DNA of 64,000 bases from Bispira polyomma (GCA_965649765.1 OZ287759.1:48980001-49044000); one strand, 5' to 3'; counted from the stretch's first letter, positions 10,961 through 24,116 are shown. Translations and numbers: made by a program. The notes: generated by a model from the sequence alone, not told the origin.

Positions 10961-11933
10961 TACCTCTCACACAGCGTCCATTATCCCAGAAACTTATCCT
11001 GTTTTTTCTTTAATTTGGCTTTGGTAGTTTCAAAATTTTAAAAGCTTATAATTTTATGTATAGTCTACAAATCATATCCAAAAAGGAAATTGTAAATGAA
11101 AAATTATCTCCAAACTACATCACCAGTTTTCAGCATCAACCTCAACAAGCTACATAATCGATAGAGTTGCAACTAAAATTCATAAAAGTAGAAAATAAGT
11201 ATAACTTTGGTGAATATTCACAGATATTGTTGGGGAATGACTACTGAATAATTTTAAATGCATTCCGAGAGCTAATTCTCAAAGATAAATATTTAGAAGC
11301 TATTTGCTTGAGGGTCTTTTTGTAATGTTCAGCCATCTTGGATTTGACAGGAAATCACCTAGTTCCAGCACTTTACCGGACTTTAGTATAGGGCAAAAGG
11401 CTATAAGATAACAACAAAATTAATAGTATTCTGACTCCATATACCAACACTTGGGGCAATTAATATTGATAAGAAAGAAATATCACCCTACTTGATCTCC
11501 AGTGACCATTGTGGCACAGATAAGTGTTGCCTTTTTATGAGATGCCGTATTTTCCTACATTTCTAAGTGTCCACATAAGCTATGTCAATTACAGTTGGCA
11601 TATAGATAGTTTGTTATTTACATTAGTTTAGACTTTTCTTATCACATAACTGATTAGAAAGACATTTGCAAAGAAATACACCGTATCTTTGTACACATCG
11701 GTGCGTATGACTGATAAAACAGGAGTTAGTCGAGGTGCTGTATTATATAGAACACAACTTAATGAAGCCAATACCCACCAAGAGGAATATTTACTTGTAT
11801 TTTGTTTAGCTGCACTCTTCAGGAATATCATAGTACCACATAGAGATCTACACACTACTAAAATTGAGTACACACTAAATTTGACAAAAGTGGGGAACAA
11901 GTTTAAAATAAATGAAAATGAATACATAAAAAA

Positions 11934-13793
11934 ATGCATATAAAAATCATGCATATGAATATATACCGTAAGAAATGTGTTGTGATTAGTGTTTGTATTT
12001 TATGCGCCATCATTACAACTCAGTTACGATATGCTCCACTGGAAACTATTGCCTGGACGATGGACATTGTTAAGGACTTCGAGGAATACATGACAACTCG
12101 TGACCACTGCCTTGCCTATGCAAATGCAGTGCTGGACGGTTCTAGCCACAGACGTTGTATGCTGGGAAGCAACTATTGTAAAGTTGTACATGCCGTAAAA
12201 CACAGTACTCGGGCAAGTGGTGCTAGTTCACCCGTAAAATGTAAAGATTTGTCAGTAGGCTCAAAAAAGTTTTCCATTTCGGTGTCCAGGTTTTATCAGG
12301 GAGTGAGGTGGCTGTTTGAACCAGATATTGATGATTCTTGGACGACGATATGTAATGCCGACAATACGTATGATATAGGTGTATTTCCAAGGCATGTGCA
12401 GTATTTGTCGAATATATTCTTCTTTCAAATGAGGGTTCTTGGTCCCTTGTTTGAGGTACTAAGTCACTCTGTTGATAGATCAGAACGGTATAAAATCGCT
12501 CTGGTATTACCAGTTAATGGCACGGTTACTTTGTACCGAGCCTTCTTGGAATCACTTAATATCAATCACATTGTGCATCTCTACGCCGGTGAAAAGGACC
12601 AGAGATGTTTTAAATGGGCTATTTTACCTGCTCATTCCTATGGTACTGGATTACCACAACATGCAATCCATGTGATTAAAAGAGCTCAGAACATTTCAGA
12701 CAGTAGATGCCAGCATCCACAAGTGACTATTATTCAACGCACTGGCTCAAGGGGCATTACAAACGTGAAGGACATATTGAACGTCATCATCTCAAACTTT
12801 CCTCGCTTCAGCCATACAAAAGTTGTGTACTTGGAACAAATGACCATACAACAACAAATTCAAGAAATGCACTGCACCACTGTGCTAATTGGTGTACAAG
12901 GGGCCGCCCTTAGTTGGCTACAGTTTCTTCCCCCAGGTGCCCACCTGATAGAAATCTGGTTTAGAGGTTGGCCTTCCAAGTATGTGGAACGAGCACAGCA
13001 AGCCAGAGCAGATCTACATCCAGTGGACTTAAAATGTGAGCCAGTTACCTCAGACAAGGTTAGTCTTTTGTTTATCTGTATTTACCCAAATATAAATCCA
13101 AAGGAATCCTTATAAATTGAGTAGAGTAACACAGTCAAACTCGAGTTTCGTTTGATGTTTTTCTGCAAACTTTAAATTTAAATTTTCCAACTTACTAGAG
13201 AACTTATTTCATACATTACTTGTCAGTATTTCATATATCACATTAAGGCATCTTGCATGAGGCGAGTGTGTACAGCACAGATTATGTGAATGACACACAA
13301 GATAAGAATTACACACAAACTAAAAATGGCACAGAGTGTGTTACTAATTGATTCTCAAAAAACATGGACAGTTGATTCCAGGTTATCGATACTTGAATTA
13401 AACTGCATTACTACAGTCACTTAAGCCATGACATAGTTTTCGTTAAATCATAAAAGGTTGGATGGGTGACACATCATTTATTACTGTTATGTTTCAATTT
13501 CTCTGCCTAATATTACTATTGTGATTTGTTCAGATAATTGTTCATTGGCACCATGGTATAGACTCTACTGCTCCCCTGGTTGTCACTATGTTTTTCAGGT
13601 GTGGCTAGAAGTGGCCAAACATTACGGAATCCAGGGCAACTTGACAAGCCAACTGAGGAGGGAGGTAATACAGACTGGAGAGGTTTACAAGTACAAAAAG
13701 TACTTTGATACCGTGTGGAAACGTAGTCACTGTAAATGTGACTTAGAAAAGATACAGAGGCTATTTACACAGATTGATAAAATAATAGTATAA
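11934..13793 (+). CDS. Glycosyltransferase family 61 (EOGT/POMGNT2-like, DUF563), type II membrane protein, 2 exons, ~439 aa
   Basis: Exon 1 is 11934-13058 (donor AAG|GTTAGT); exon 2 is 13599-13793 (acceptor TTTTTCAG|GTG); phase 0 and intact. N-terminal RKK + hydrophobic anchor. GT61 motifs IIQRTGSRGITN, VVYLEQMTIQQQI, VLIGVQGAALSWLQFLPPGAHLIEI. Confidence 0.85.
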
Positions 13794-13842
13794 AGGAAGA
13801 AATATAAAGTTTTTTAGCAAAGGAACTAATTTTTATATATTA

Positions 13843-14148
13843 ATAGTATATTTGCTGTCATATATAAAGACATAAATTATGACGTTGCTGTGATATGTCG
13901 AATCACAGGATCTTTTCCATGGTTTAAGAAGCCATCTATAACCATACCTTTTCAGATTCGCCTCCATAGTATCACCATTCTCTGGTGAATACTTTTGATA
14001 TTGATAGCATATTTGCTGTCATATATAAAAACATAAATTATGACGTTGTTGTGATATGTCAGATCACAGAATACTTTACCTGGTTTCAGAAGCCATCTAA
14101 AACCCTATCTTTTCAGACTTGTCTCCATAGTTTCACCCTTCTCTGGTG
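13843..14148. repeat. Diverged 161-bp-period tandem duplication downstream of the GT61 stop; includes an L2 3' tail
   Basis: Copies at 13843-13987 and 14004-14148. The second copy runs on into an L2-type end (TTTCAGAAGCCATCTAAAACCCTATCTTTTC...GGCGCTCTATAAATG..ATTACTATTAT, to ~14268). Confidence 0.85.
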
Positions 14149-14290
14149 GGTGCTTTTTAGTAAAGACCTTTTGCTCGCCCCTGGACCTTCCCTTTTTGGA
14201 TATCAGCATCTGAGAGGATGTTTTTTTATCAATTTGGCGCTCTATAAATGCTTCAATTACTATTATAAATAATTCACTGCCTTTCTACCA

Positions 14291-14547
14291 TTTGAATTTG
14301 AATTTGGATATTTAACGTCCACTCTAGTACCTTTTAGTAGCTTATATTGGGACGGGTAGTTGGAAACGCTTGAGGAAACACTGCATACAGTTGGTCAAGG
14401 TTCTGCACTGAAACCAGCGGCGCACAGTAAGGAACTACCACCTTTCCTACATAGGCATCGACAGGATTCGAACTCATGCCGCCCAGAGGTGAGAGACCAG
14501 TGATTGTGAAGCGCAATGCTTGCTAACCACTAGGCCACCGCGGCCCC
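14291..14547 (-). mobile_element. Full-length tRNA-derived SINE with 12-bp TSD
   Basis: Minus strand shows A box TGGCCTAGTGG, B box GAGTTCGAATCC, 3' end GTGGACGTTAAATATCC and an (AAATTC)n tail. TSD GCCTTTCTACCA at 14279-14290 and 14548-14559. Confidence 0.9.
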
Positions 14548-14750
14548 GCCTTTCTACCAAAGTAATTTTAATATGTAAGGCAAGTATAACATGTCACAGT
14601 TGCAGGAGTCACAATTTGAAAAAAAAAATGCTTACATTTTTATAAAAATTCTTATTTTCTGGGAAATTTCACAAAAGTATGGATTGTCAGTAATATAAAT
14701 TGTTCCACAAAAACTCTATTTTCACCTGATACTGTTTGCCTTTTTTGTCT

Positions 14751-17396
14751 TAATCTAATCTAATCTAATCTAACTTTTATAGCGCTTAATTTCTCCTTCT
14801 AAGGGGATTCTAAGGTGCAGGACAGTATCATTATTCAAATTGCATTTCCGTTAGACAAGCATGGGTCAGCACCATGGAGACGCCGGTTGAATTTAGTGCT
14901 ATGCTGGAAAAGCCTTGTCGAATAGGTAGGTTTTAAGTTTTTTTCTAAAGGATGTGAGTGAGGTTGCAAAACGAATTTTGACAGGTAATTCATTCCAAAG
15001 TGTTGGAGCATCATGGGCAAAGCTATTGTTAAACGGACGTTTAGATTTGTGTACTGCTGAGATAAATCTTGGAACGGTCAGGTAACTTTTTTCCGGTCTG
15101 CTCCTTCTGGTATTATGAGTGCATGTGTAAAGTGTGAGGTATGGATTTCAGTATGCTGGAAGGCCATAATTTAAAAATTTGTAGACTAAGGTAGCTGTTT
15201 TGAACATACATCTAAACTCAATGGGTAACCAGTGGAAATTTCTTAAAAACAGGAGTAACACAGAGTACTTGGAATGGTTGGCCACCAGTCTGGCTAACGA
15301 GTTTTGGATGCATTGCAACTTACAGATGTGAGCCTTGGATAAACTTCTATAAAGAGAATTACAGTAGTCAAGACGACTTGTAACCAGGGCATTTGCAACT
15401 ATAGTAGCAGTACCGGCTGACAAATAGCGCCTAACCATCCATAGATCCCTCATTTGGATGAAGCAAAACTTGCAAACTTCATGAACTTGTTTGGAGAAGA
15501 AAAACGTAGAATCAAACCACACCCCTATGTTCTTGACAGCATTTGCAGGGTACACCGTGTTTTAATAAAATATTGACTGGGAAAAAATCCTTCAATCTAT
15601 CAGCCTGTGCTCTTGATCCGAATAGTATAAACTCAGTTTTTTCCGGGTTTAATTTAAGCTTGTTGGCAAACATTCATTTTTGAACATCACTGAGACAACT
15701 TTTTAGACTGTCGAGAACAGTTGTGGCATTTTTATATGAGAAATGAGCATACAGCTGTGTGTCATCAGCATGAAAGTGGTACTTGATATTGGTATGTTTG
15801 CTGATGATATAGCTGAACGGAGTAGTGTACAAAGAAAACAAGATTGGGCCCAGAACTGACCCTTGTGGCACACCAAACTCGAGCTTAAACAACTCTGACA
15901 AAGTGGAGCCTATTTTGACAGACTGAAATCGATTTGAGATATATGAAGTAAACCATTTGAGAACTGTACCATGAAAGCCGAACCAGGACGATAAATACTT
16001 AAGCAAGGTAGCATGATCAATAGTATCAAAAGAAGCCGACAGGTCGAGGAGGACTAGTGCTGTAGGTTCACCTTTTGAAAGAGATATATGTACTTCATTT
16101 TTGATGGATAGAAGAACTGTTTCAGTGGAATGGCTCTGTTTATAAGCAGACTGCAGGAGATTACCCAAACCATTTTTGTTGATATGTTGTGTTATTTGTT
16201 TTGCCTCAATTTTTTCCACTAGCTTGGAGATGAAACTTAGGCCCGATACTGGCCTATACTTCTTAAGGTCATTTTTTGGTAACAATGGTTTTTTTATAAG
16301 GGGAGTTACTGCAGCCTGTTTAAATTTATCAGGTACAATACCCTCTGCAAGAGAATGGTTGACAAGTCTGCTGATAGAGGGTAGAAGTATATGAACGTAT
16401 TCCTGCACCAGCAAAGTTGGCCAGGGGTCTAACATACAGGTTTTAGTGGGTGATTCATTTATAGTTTTTTGGACTTCATCTTGTGAAACTTGGGTAAAGC
16501 CAGAGAAATTTGGTGGAGGTCTGGTAGGGGGAATGCAACATGTATTTGAGCCAGAGAACATGTTTCTGAAATTCTTAATTTTTTCACTGAAGATAACCCC
16601 ACAATTTTCTGCCAGAGATTTTCCTGATTTGAATACTGGAAGGATGGACTCAGGTGTAGCACTATGCAATTCTTGCCAGAGCTATCGCCCGTTTTGTGAA
16701 TTTTCTTCAATGACTGATTTGTAGTGATCACCTTTTGATTTACGTAACAATATATTGCACCATGCAACTTGTTTCCTTAATCTAGATCTGTTCAGTGGAC
16801 TTTTCTCCTTTCTCCAGGCACATTCATATTGATGGCGCAGTGCTTTTGCCATACGGTATGCTTCGGTAACCCATTTTGGTGCTGGTTTTTGTAGTAATCT
16901 AGTTTTGACAGGGGCATGTTTGTCAAGTAATAATTTAAGGTCACTGATGTATTGATTATACAAGTCAGTAGCATTTTTTACAAGGGTCTGTGACAAAGGG
17001 AATGGTAGACAGGTCATACTTTAGTTTGCACATGTCAATACGGTGATAACACCTGAAGCTGACAGTACGCTCGACTGATTCGGTTTGAGGTATTATGTTA
17101 ACGTCACATGAAACAACTGCATGATCAGATACGAAATCCGAGCACCTTGTATTTCTAACTAACTCAAGATCTGTGGGAGCCAGAATGAGGTCTAAGATGT
17201 GACCGTGAATGTTGGTGGGAGTGGAAACATACTGAGTTAAATTGCAGGTATCCAGTATAGAACTAAAATTGGCATTATTGTGGATATTGAAGTCACCACT
17301 GACCACAAATGAAAACTCATATTTGATAAGAAGTCATCCAGAAAACTTGCAATATTGGAAGTAGGAGGGCGATAGATGCATGCAAAAGACAAGCTT
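14751..17396 (-). mobile_element. L2/CR1-group LINE, 5'-truncated within the endonuclease; APE + RT + C-terminus + (GATTA)n tail
   Basis: CIYRPP, VSGDFNIH, GHILDL, SDHAVV (APE); [58 protein letters not shown] (RT); SRLDYCNSL, HWLPIEFR. Tail (TAATC)n at 14751-14775. Confidence 0.95.
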
Positions 17397-17682
17397 TGTG
17401 TCAATGTTACAAAACACCCTTGTGTGGTCTTCTACAGGGTTACCCGTACATAAGTTATTCATGGGCTGTTAACCTTGTATTCCAACATTATTGTGTCTGT
17501 TATTCTAATGGGCTGATAGCCTTGATAAAATTTTGCATATACTCATGGCTGTTTAATCAGTTCACAATGGAAACGTAAGTAAGACGGAACAGCCAGTGTT
17601 TGTGTCTGTTTAGGACTAAAGAGATGATTATTTTGTAAATTTAAGAAAAGTTTTACCTTTTTATTATTTTGCCATTTTAGAA

Positions 17683-17800
17683 TAGGAATAACACACTCCA
17701 AATCATGGTATACGCAGAATTTTACCTTGATTTAAAAATCAAATCCTTCCTTTCATGGTAAAATTCTGTGTATACCATGGTTTGACGGGTGTTATTCTTA
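17683..17800. mobile_element. Short hairpin-type MITE (~40-bp imperfect TIRs)
   Basis: GAATAACACACTCCAAATCATGGTATACGCAGAATTTTACC versus GGTAAAATTCTGTGTATACCATGGTTTGACGGGTGTTATTC. Confidence 0.75.
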
Positions 17801-17803
17801 TGA

Positions 17804-18199
17804 TAAGGTCATCCGAGGCAGATTTAAAAAAAAATTTTTTTATGAAAAGCTGGAATAATATGTTGAACAAAAATATAAAAAAAACTATGTCACACCAGAC
17901 TCGTTCAAAAACTACAGATTAAAAAAAATAACAAACCGTAACTATATATGAGACAAATTTTTGAAATCTCAGTTTGTCAAGAATTTTTGAGCCCAAAACC
18001 TTATGTTTCTATTGAAATAATAGGAAACATGTCCAATTTTTCTGAAGATAAACATTATATTTATAGCAGAGTGGCTAAAAAAAGGCAAAATGACACATCA
18101 TTCCAAATAGACAATTTAACAAAGCACATTTTCTGCAATTTTCATGAAAAGATATTGAAATTTATTTTTCCGGAAAAAAATGGTAACGAACAACCTTAA
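17804..18199. mobile_element. Possible Kolobok-type non-autonomous element
   Basis: TAAGGTCATCCG ... CGAACAACCTTAA: AGG/CCT termini with TTAA-like flanks. TIR match is weak. Confidence 0.35.
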
Positions 18200-18417
18200 G
18201 TAACAAATTAATGTTAGTCAGTTTACGATAATTAGGGCCCTAAACTTAACTTCAGTGCAGTAGTTGATTATCATGTTGCTAATCATGATTGTGTAAAGTG
18301 TAGTGCTAATCTGTTAAAATTGGACATATGGGAAAATACAATTAGTGTTGCTTTAACTTGCATCCTGAGAGAGTTGGATTTTCTATGGAGTGTTGTGTTA
18401 GTATATAAGTTAAGATA

Positions 18418-18935
18418 TACACTCACACTGTTGGAGCTGTCTGCGGCCTTTGATACCATCGACCATACTATCCTCTTTAATTGTGTGACTGATTGGTTGG
18501 GTATCGATTGGACCGTCTTTAATTGGATTTGGTCCTATTTACATAGTAAAAATCAAAAAATCAAAATTAGCGATAACTCCTTGGAACCTTTCTCACCATC
18601 TCATAGTGTCCCACAAGGTTCTGTATTGGGCCTTCTTTTCACCGTGTACACCACTCCCGTCAGTAAAATAATCTCATCACTCACCACCTGTATGTTGATG
18701 ACACACAAATATACTTAACGCTAGACGCAAGAAACTTTAGCTCTAGCATATCTAGCAAAATGTCTCGAGGCTGTACAAACATGGATGGAAAATGTCAAGC
18801 TGTATCTCAATCCAGATAAAACTAAATTGATCACTATAGGTGGAAATGCTACTCGAGACAGCTGCAAACCATTTTTTCCGATCAGTCTACTGAACAACAA
18901 TATGTCACCATCAAGTAAAGTGAAAAACCTGGGTG
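18418..18935 (+). mobile_element. L2 RT fragment
   Basis: [43 protein letters not shown]. Confidence 0.88.
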
Positions 18936-19921
18936 CAGTACCATGGCAGAATGATAGAGTATGAAGTTTGACCTGAGCCTGACCTGAGCCTAACCACATC
19001 AGCCCGATGAGAAGCCCCCCCAGCCTGAGATGTTGCAGTAGCTGTAACCAAAAAACGTCCTTTTTAGAACCACCCAAATATTCCAAGAATAATTACAAAG
19101 CTTTTTGTTACACCCCTCACCCCCTTACCAAATCATATCTCACAAATCAAACTTCATAAGATTCAAACCCAGCACCCATACATGTAATATTTTTGGCCAC
19201 ACCATAGAAACACAGTATATTCCAACACATACACTGAAGAAAGAAACCCTTGTTGAAATAGATTCAAACCCAAAGCCTTTCACTGACATAATAAATTCCT
19301 ACTGTGCGCCCCCCCCCCCCCCCCCCACCCCTTAATATATAATGTAAAGGTTATGGGCCATTTAGAGTCAGAGATCATTTGTTCAAATTCTGTCATTTGT
19401 GTGACTACCTGTTTGGGGAAAAAACTGGGTTAAAACCCTAAAAGTGGTGTGACCACTTGTTTTGAAGAGGAACAATTCAGGAAATTGTTTTTTGGTCTAT
19501 GAGAAACTCTTTGTATTGCACAACTGCCAAAATTGGGTTACAAAGAGTTTCTCCTATTTTTCTAAATTATTTCTAAATCATTTCTTTTCTCTTAGTCTTT
19601 TTTAAAAGTTACAATTTGCAAAGGAAATAGGGGCTTCTTCTTTCAATTTAGTAATTATTTGGACTATTTATTTCTAGGGACAAACACTGTTACTTGGAGA
19701 TTTACTGTCACTTAATTTTTACTTTAGGGTTTGAACTCTGGACCAGTGGTTTATAAGTTCTGTGTGTGTGAATTGTTTTTGAGGGGACAGTATAATCTTG
19801 TTTTTGATTTTCAACATTCAACTCAAAATATGTTCTTGGAACATTCAGGTGGACCTAAAAAGTGCCGCAGGTTTACGAAGAATGGCGGTCTGAAAAGGAC
19901 CGCCAGTAGACTGCTGACTGG

Positions 19922-22612
19922 CTACTGCGGTGGTGGTGGGGACTGTGATGCAGGAGTGATGTGGGGTGGTTGTAGGCTACACGTTCCAAGCTGCTGATGC
20001 TGATCACTGACTATAGGTAGGCTATGTGTTCCAAGCTGTTGCTTATCGCCGACTTGTTGAATGTTGAGTCTGATGAGCTGTTGAGTCTGATCCATTGGTG
20101 TAAGACTGAGCATTCCAAGCTGTTAATGATCGCTTTAGTTTGGGGGTAACTCCTGGTTGTAACATTTTATGAAACTTGAAATCGAGAAAGTCTTGTGAGC
20201 TGTATCATCATACGTCGTGGAGGATTTCGACGAGGTTTGAAAACTGTTTACTGGGTGATGGGCTGACAAGTTTCACCTTCGTAGTAATCTCTGTGGCATC
20301 ATCCATGACATAGAATGGCAGCTTTGTCACCAAAGACTTGCAGCTGGGCAGTCTGGGAGGTTGACGGGTTAGCTGTATCCACATACAGCTGCATTTGACA
20401 CAATTGATCACAAGATACTTTCTGAATGCCTTAATTCTTGGTTCAGGCTATCTGACTCGGTACTTCAATGGATTAAATCCTATCTCAAATGCCTTGATCA
20501 AATCATCAGGGTCAATGGAGCAAAGTCATCTCCCTTTGATCTCCCTTTCGGTGTCCCTCAAGGTTCTGTCCAAGGGCCCTTTCTGTTTTCACTGTACACT
20601 ACTCCCCTCGCAAGTATAATATCCTCACACCACAATATTAGCTATCACTTCTATGCAGATGACACACAGATCTACTGCTCCCTCACTTCCAAAAATTGTT
20701 CTCAGATCCTTGAGCAGCTTTCTAGTTGCCTGTCTTCAATAGAATCTTGGATGAGTAATTCAAAATTGAAACTCAACCCTGACAAAACAGAATTCCTACT
20801 TATTGGCTCCAAACATCAGAGGGAAAAGGTTCTGGACTTCTTCCCTGCTACTCTCCTTGGTAACACCACTGTTCCTGCTGATAGTGCGAAAAAACCTAGG
20901 AGTCACTTTTGACTCTGACTTCTCCTTCAAAAAACATATATCTGTCATTCCTGCTACGGCAACATCCGTGACTTTCACAGGATTCAACGACATTTAACCC
21001 AAGAAAATACCATTGCAGTGGCAATTGCCATGGTATCAAGTTGACTAGATTACTGTAACTCACTACTATATGGAATTGGAAAGGGCTAAATAAACAAACT
21101 ACAGAAAATACAAAATAACCTGTGAAGAGTAGTAAACCATGCTGGCCATCGCACTCACACTACTCCCCTACTGAAACAATTACATTGTTACCTATTGAGT
21201 TTCGCATTAAATTTAAGGTAATTGTCCTCATTTTTAAGACAGTCCATGTACATCAACCTGCCTATTTATCATCTATGCTGTCTATGCTCAGCAATCTCAC
21301 CAGATGCAATCGTCTCTTCACCTCTGGTTTTCTACCAAAAAAACAACTAGCTGGTTCAAAATCATTCTTAGTTGCAACACCTGCTGAGTGGAATAGCCTC
21401 CCTACCAGTCATCGGACTGAGATGAGCATCATGGGTTTCAGAAAAAGGCTCAAAACATGTCTGTATCAGCTTGTTTTTCCACCCTAGCTTGCGTCCTATG
21501 GTCACGACTGATTCTCTGGTCACAAATCTTTTTTTGTCTACCGGACTATGCTCTTGCATACTAAGAAAAGGGGCCACAGAGGATGCCTGGTCATCGATTG
21601 TGGCGCTATAGAAGTAAAAACATTAACATCACTTGATGCTGAGGTTGATGCTTGGGCACATAGGTTGAAACTGCAGGTGGCTTGGACTGTGTAAAAAACT
21701 AGGTGTGGTTCTCACAATAGCACTACGCTGATGATTTCTGTCACAATGTATCTTGCTGAGGGTAGCAAATGTCTCGTTCCTGAATGTCTGGAAATCCCCC
21801 TTATCCAACTTCTTGGCTTCTGCCGCCAGGTACTGAAAAAAGGCTGCCCTGTTGGACTGTGGCTTCTCGGACTTCTGAGTCTCTACCACAAAGCCGGACA
21901 TTATGCTCCGCATGGGTCCAAGGTGTTCCATCAGCTGGGTGCTGATGTCAGAGCCCTCACGGGGTGGAGAAGGTCTGTGACTACTTCTGAGACAGGTCTC
22001 TGTGGCGCTGTTTCCACTTACTTGAACAACTGGACAAATTGTGGATCTCTGTCTGTCGCTGTGGGGAAGCTCCCTAGGTTAAGGTGACACTTGGCTTGAA
22101 AGCCGATGACTTCACATGCCTGACTATGTTCGAGCCCAGAAAGGTGAAGCAGCTGAGTGGGGCTGTCGTGACTTCTTTACCATGAGCTTGCCGAAGTGGA
22201 TGCATTGCATCTCAAACCAGGTCTTCACTTCTGACACCTTGAAACCACGACTAATAGAAAACTCGTCCCAGAGCCTCTCCTTCAACAAATTCTCCTTATA
22301 TTGTTCATGGCGCTTGTTGTAAAAAACTTTGACTTCAACAACTGACTCGTCTGCCTCTGTCAGGATCACATGCACAATCTTTCAGAATTTCTTGTCTCTC
22401 CCTCTGTACTGGCACTCCTCCTCCATGGAACCCTCTCTGTCACTCTGTTCCTTGTCCTTCTCACTGGGTGCTGAACTTTCCCTCTGATCCCTCTTCTTTC
22501 TCCAGCCCTCTAACTCATCTGAAGAAACTCCAACGTCAAACTCTCTCTCTGGCTCCTTCCCCTTTTCCTTTTCTGTATCCATCTTTCTCTCTGTTCTCTT
22601 TTCTCTTAGCAT
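19922..22612 (-). pseudogene. MADF (Myb/SANT-like) DNA-binding protein, split by an L2 insertion
   Basis: Charged N-terminus; FYNKRHEQYKENLLKERLWDEF....VSEVKTWFEMQ..HFGKL..KKS (MADF); BESS-like RAAFFQYLAAEAKKL...FQTFRNETFATL; Q/S/P-rich tail resuming at 20390. Confidence 0.72.
20391..21629 (+). mobile_element. L2 LINE, 5'-truncated (RT to 3' end), inserted in the MADF gene
   Basis: [54 protein letters not shown]; 3' end GGCGCTATAGAAGT...CATTAACAT. Confidence 0.92.
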
Positions 22613-23504
22613 TGTTGATGAAGTGTATATAAAAAACCTAACTGTAAAATAGTCCCTAAGCTTAAGTACATAGAATATTAAAAACAATAAAAATCCTCTC
22701 TACTAAAAAACACAACACGTAGCACCAGCCAGCAATCTCCAAATACGAGTCCTGCACTACCAGGATATTTTGTACCAAAACACACCGACAAGTGCCAGTT
22801 CGATCCGATTTGTCGGGGATGAATACATCAGATCCTACTGGCTGTAAGTTCAATTGTATGATTCCCCCGTTCTATCGGGGTAAAAAACGTATCGTCTCCA
22901 AGTTTGATTGGCACGCAATACATCAGATTGGAATATGACTAAGTTTGATCGTACTACTGGCCCATTCTGTCCTACCCAAAAGTGGGCAAATCCAAATAGG
23001 ATAGAACGGCCCAGTGTTGAAAAAGGCCTGGAGTGCGATAAGACCTATCCGACAGAATGTATTGACAATACGATTGAACATATTCGCCAGTATTATTTGG
23101 GGGTCTGGCAAGCTAGATCGGGGTACTTTTTGAAAATATCAAACATGTTTGGTATTATTACTGACCACTGCATACTGCGACCACATATTGATTACAAAGT
23201 AAGAAAAAAAATACGATACTTGTCAAAGCCTGGGGAGCCCTATGAAGATACACCATGAACATATTTAGAGTACACATTTGTCATTCACTTACATAATGCA
23301 GAGATATATGTTAAACAATCGACAAGTATACAACAACTAAGAAGGGCACTCAGTAGAGCGTATACCTCCACCAAGGTGCCACAGATGATCAAAGATAAAA
23401 AATACTAATAAAAATAAAAGTGCAAGTCGAAGAATATAAATGATTTCTGTATTTCCCAGTTACAATGCCTACAACATAGCCTTACAAGGATAGTAACAAA
23501 AACA

Positions 23505-23790
23505 CCATGGACACTCACATTACCCCTATTTTAAGAAGCCTTCACTGGCTACCAGTGAAATATTGTTCAAGCTGTAAGTTTTCCACTGTATTTTGGCCCA
23601 TCCTTATACACGTTTACATAACACTAGGTGAAGTAGGTCTGACAAGACATTTTTTAAATGTTCCAAATTTTAAACCATCGGTTCATAAATCAAAAAGCAT
23701 TTTAGCCATAGTCTTGCTTTTAATTTTTGAAGACTTTGAATAATTTGCCTCCCACTCTGGCCTGTTTCAGACAAAAGCTGACATATATTT
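23505..23790 (+). mobile_element. L2 3' fragment
   Basis: HITPILRSLHWLPVK and FRQKL motifs. Confidence 0.75.
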
Positions 23791-24116
23791 CGCATATGGT
23801 GACAGTGTATCCAACATGCTATCTTGTACATCTAGCCTCACGTTCTTTGAGACAAATCATTGTGCATCAGAAGTTGTTAAAGATATTATATCAGCTATAA
23901 TATTCATAGATTTTTCTTGCATCAGAAGGTGTAGTTTGTAATCCTACTATGGCTGTTGCATATGCTTTGTTCTTGTGGTTTACTGTACGTTACAAAAAAC
24001 AATGGAAGATGGTTTGAGAGCAGTGTGGAAGAAGAGGCCATGCAGATAAGGAAAATGCAAGGAGAAAGCCAATGGGTATGTAGTATGTAATGTTTAGTTA
24101 CATAAGTGTTGTTCCT

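Larger units (their letters stand above)
7400..11050 (+). mobile_element. DIRS/Ngaro-like tyrosine-recombinase retrotransposon, decayed
   Basis: Putative gag-region ORF at 7671-8147, RT/RNase H at ~8500-10048 and tyrosine recombinase at ~10060-10960. Boundaries are approximate. Confidence 0.85.
18931..23241. mobile_element. PIF/Harbinger transposon remnant: transposase C-terminal tail (+) convergent with a MADF/Myb-like gene (-)
   Basis: GAVPWQNDRV* at 18931-18963 resembles a Harbinger transposase C-terminus. MADF gene at 22612-19922 (-). CpG-rich subterminal region at 22780-23240 ending ...CCTGGGGAGCCC. Confidence 0.6.

Noticed and set aside
11628-11954. Short ORFs upstream of the GT61 gene
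   Set aside because: No motifs; probably 5'UTR or promoter sequence.
14455-14547. tRNA gene
   Set aside because: A and B boxes are present, but it continues into a SINE body with tail and TSD and does not close a proper cloverleaf. The same applies to 24117, 53442 and 55832.
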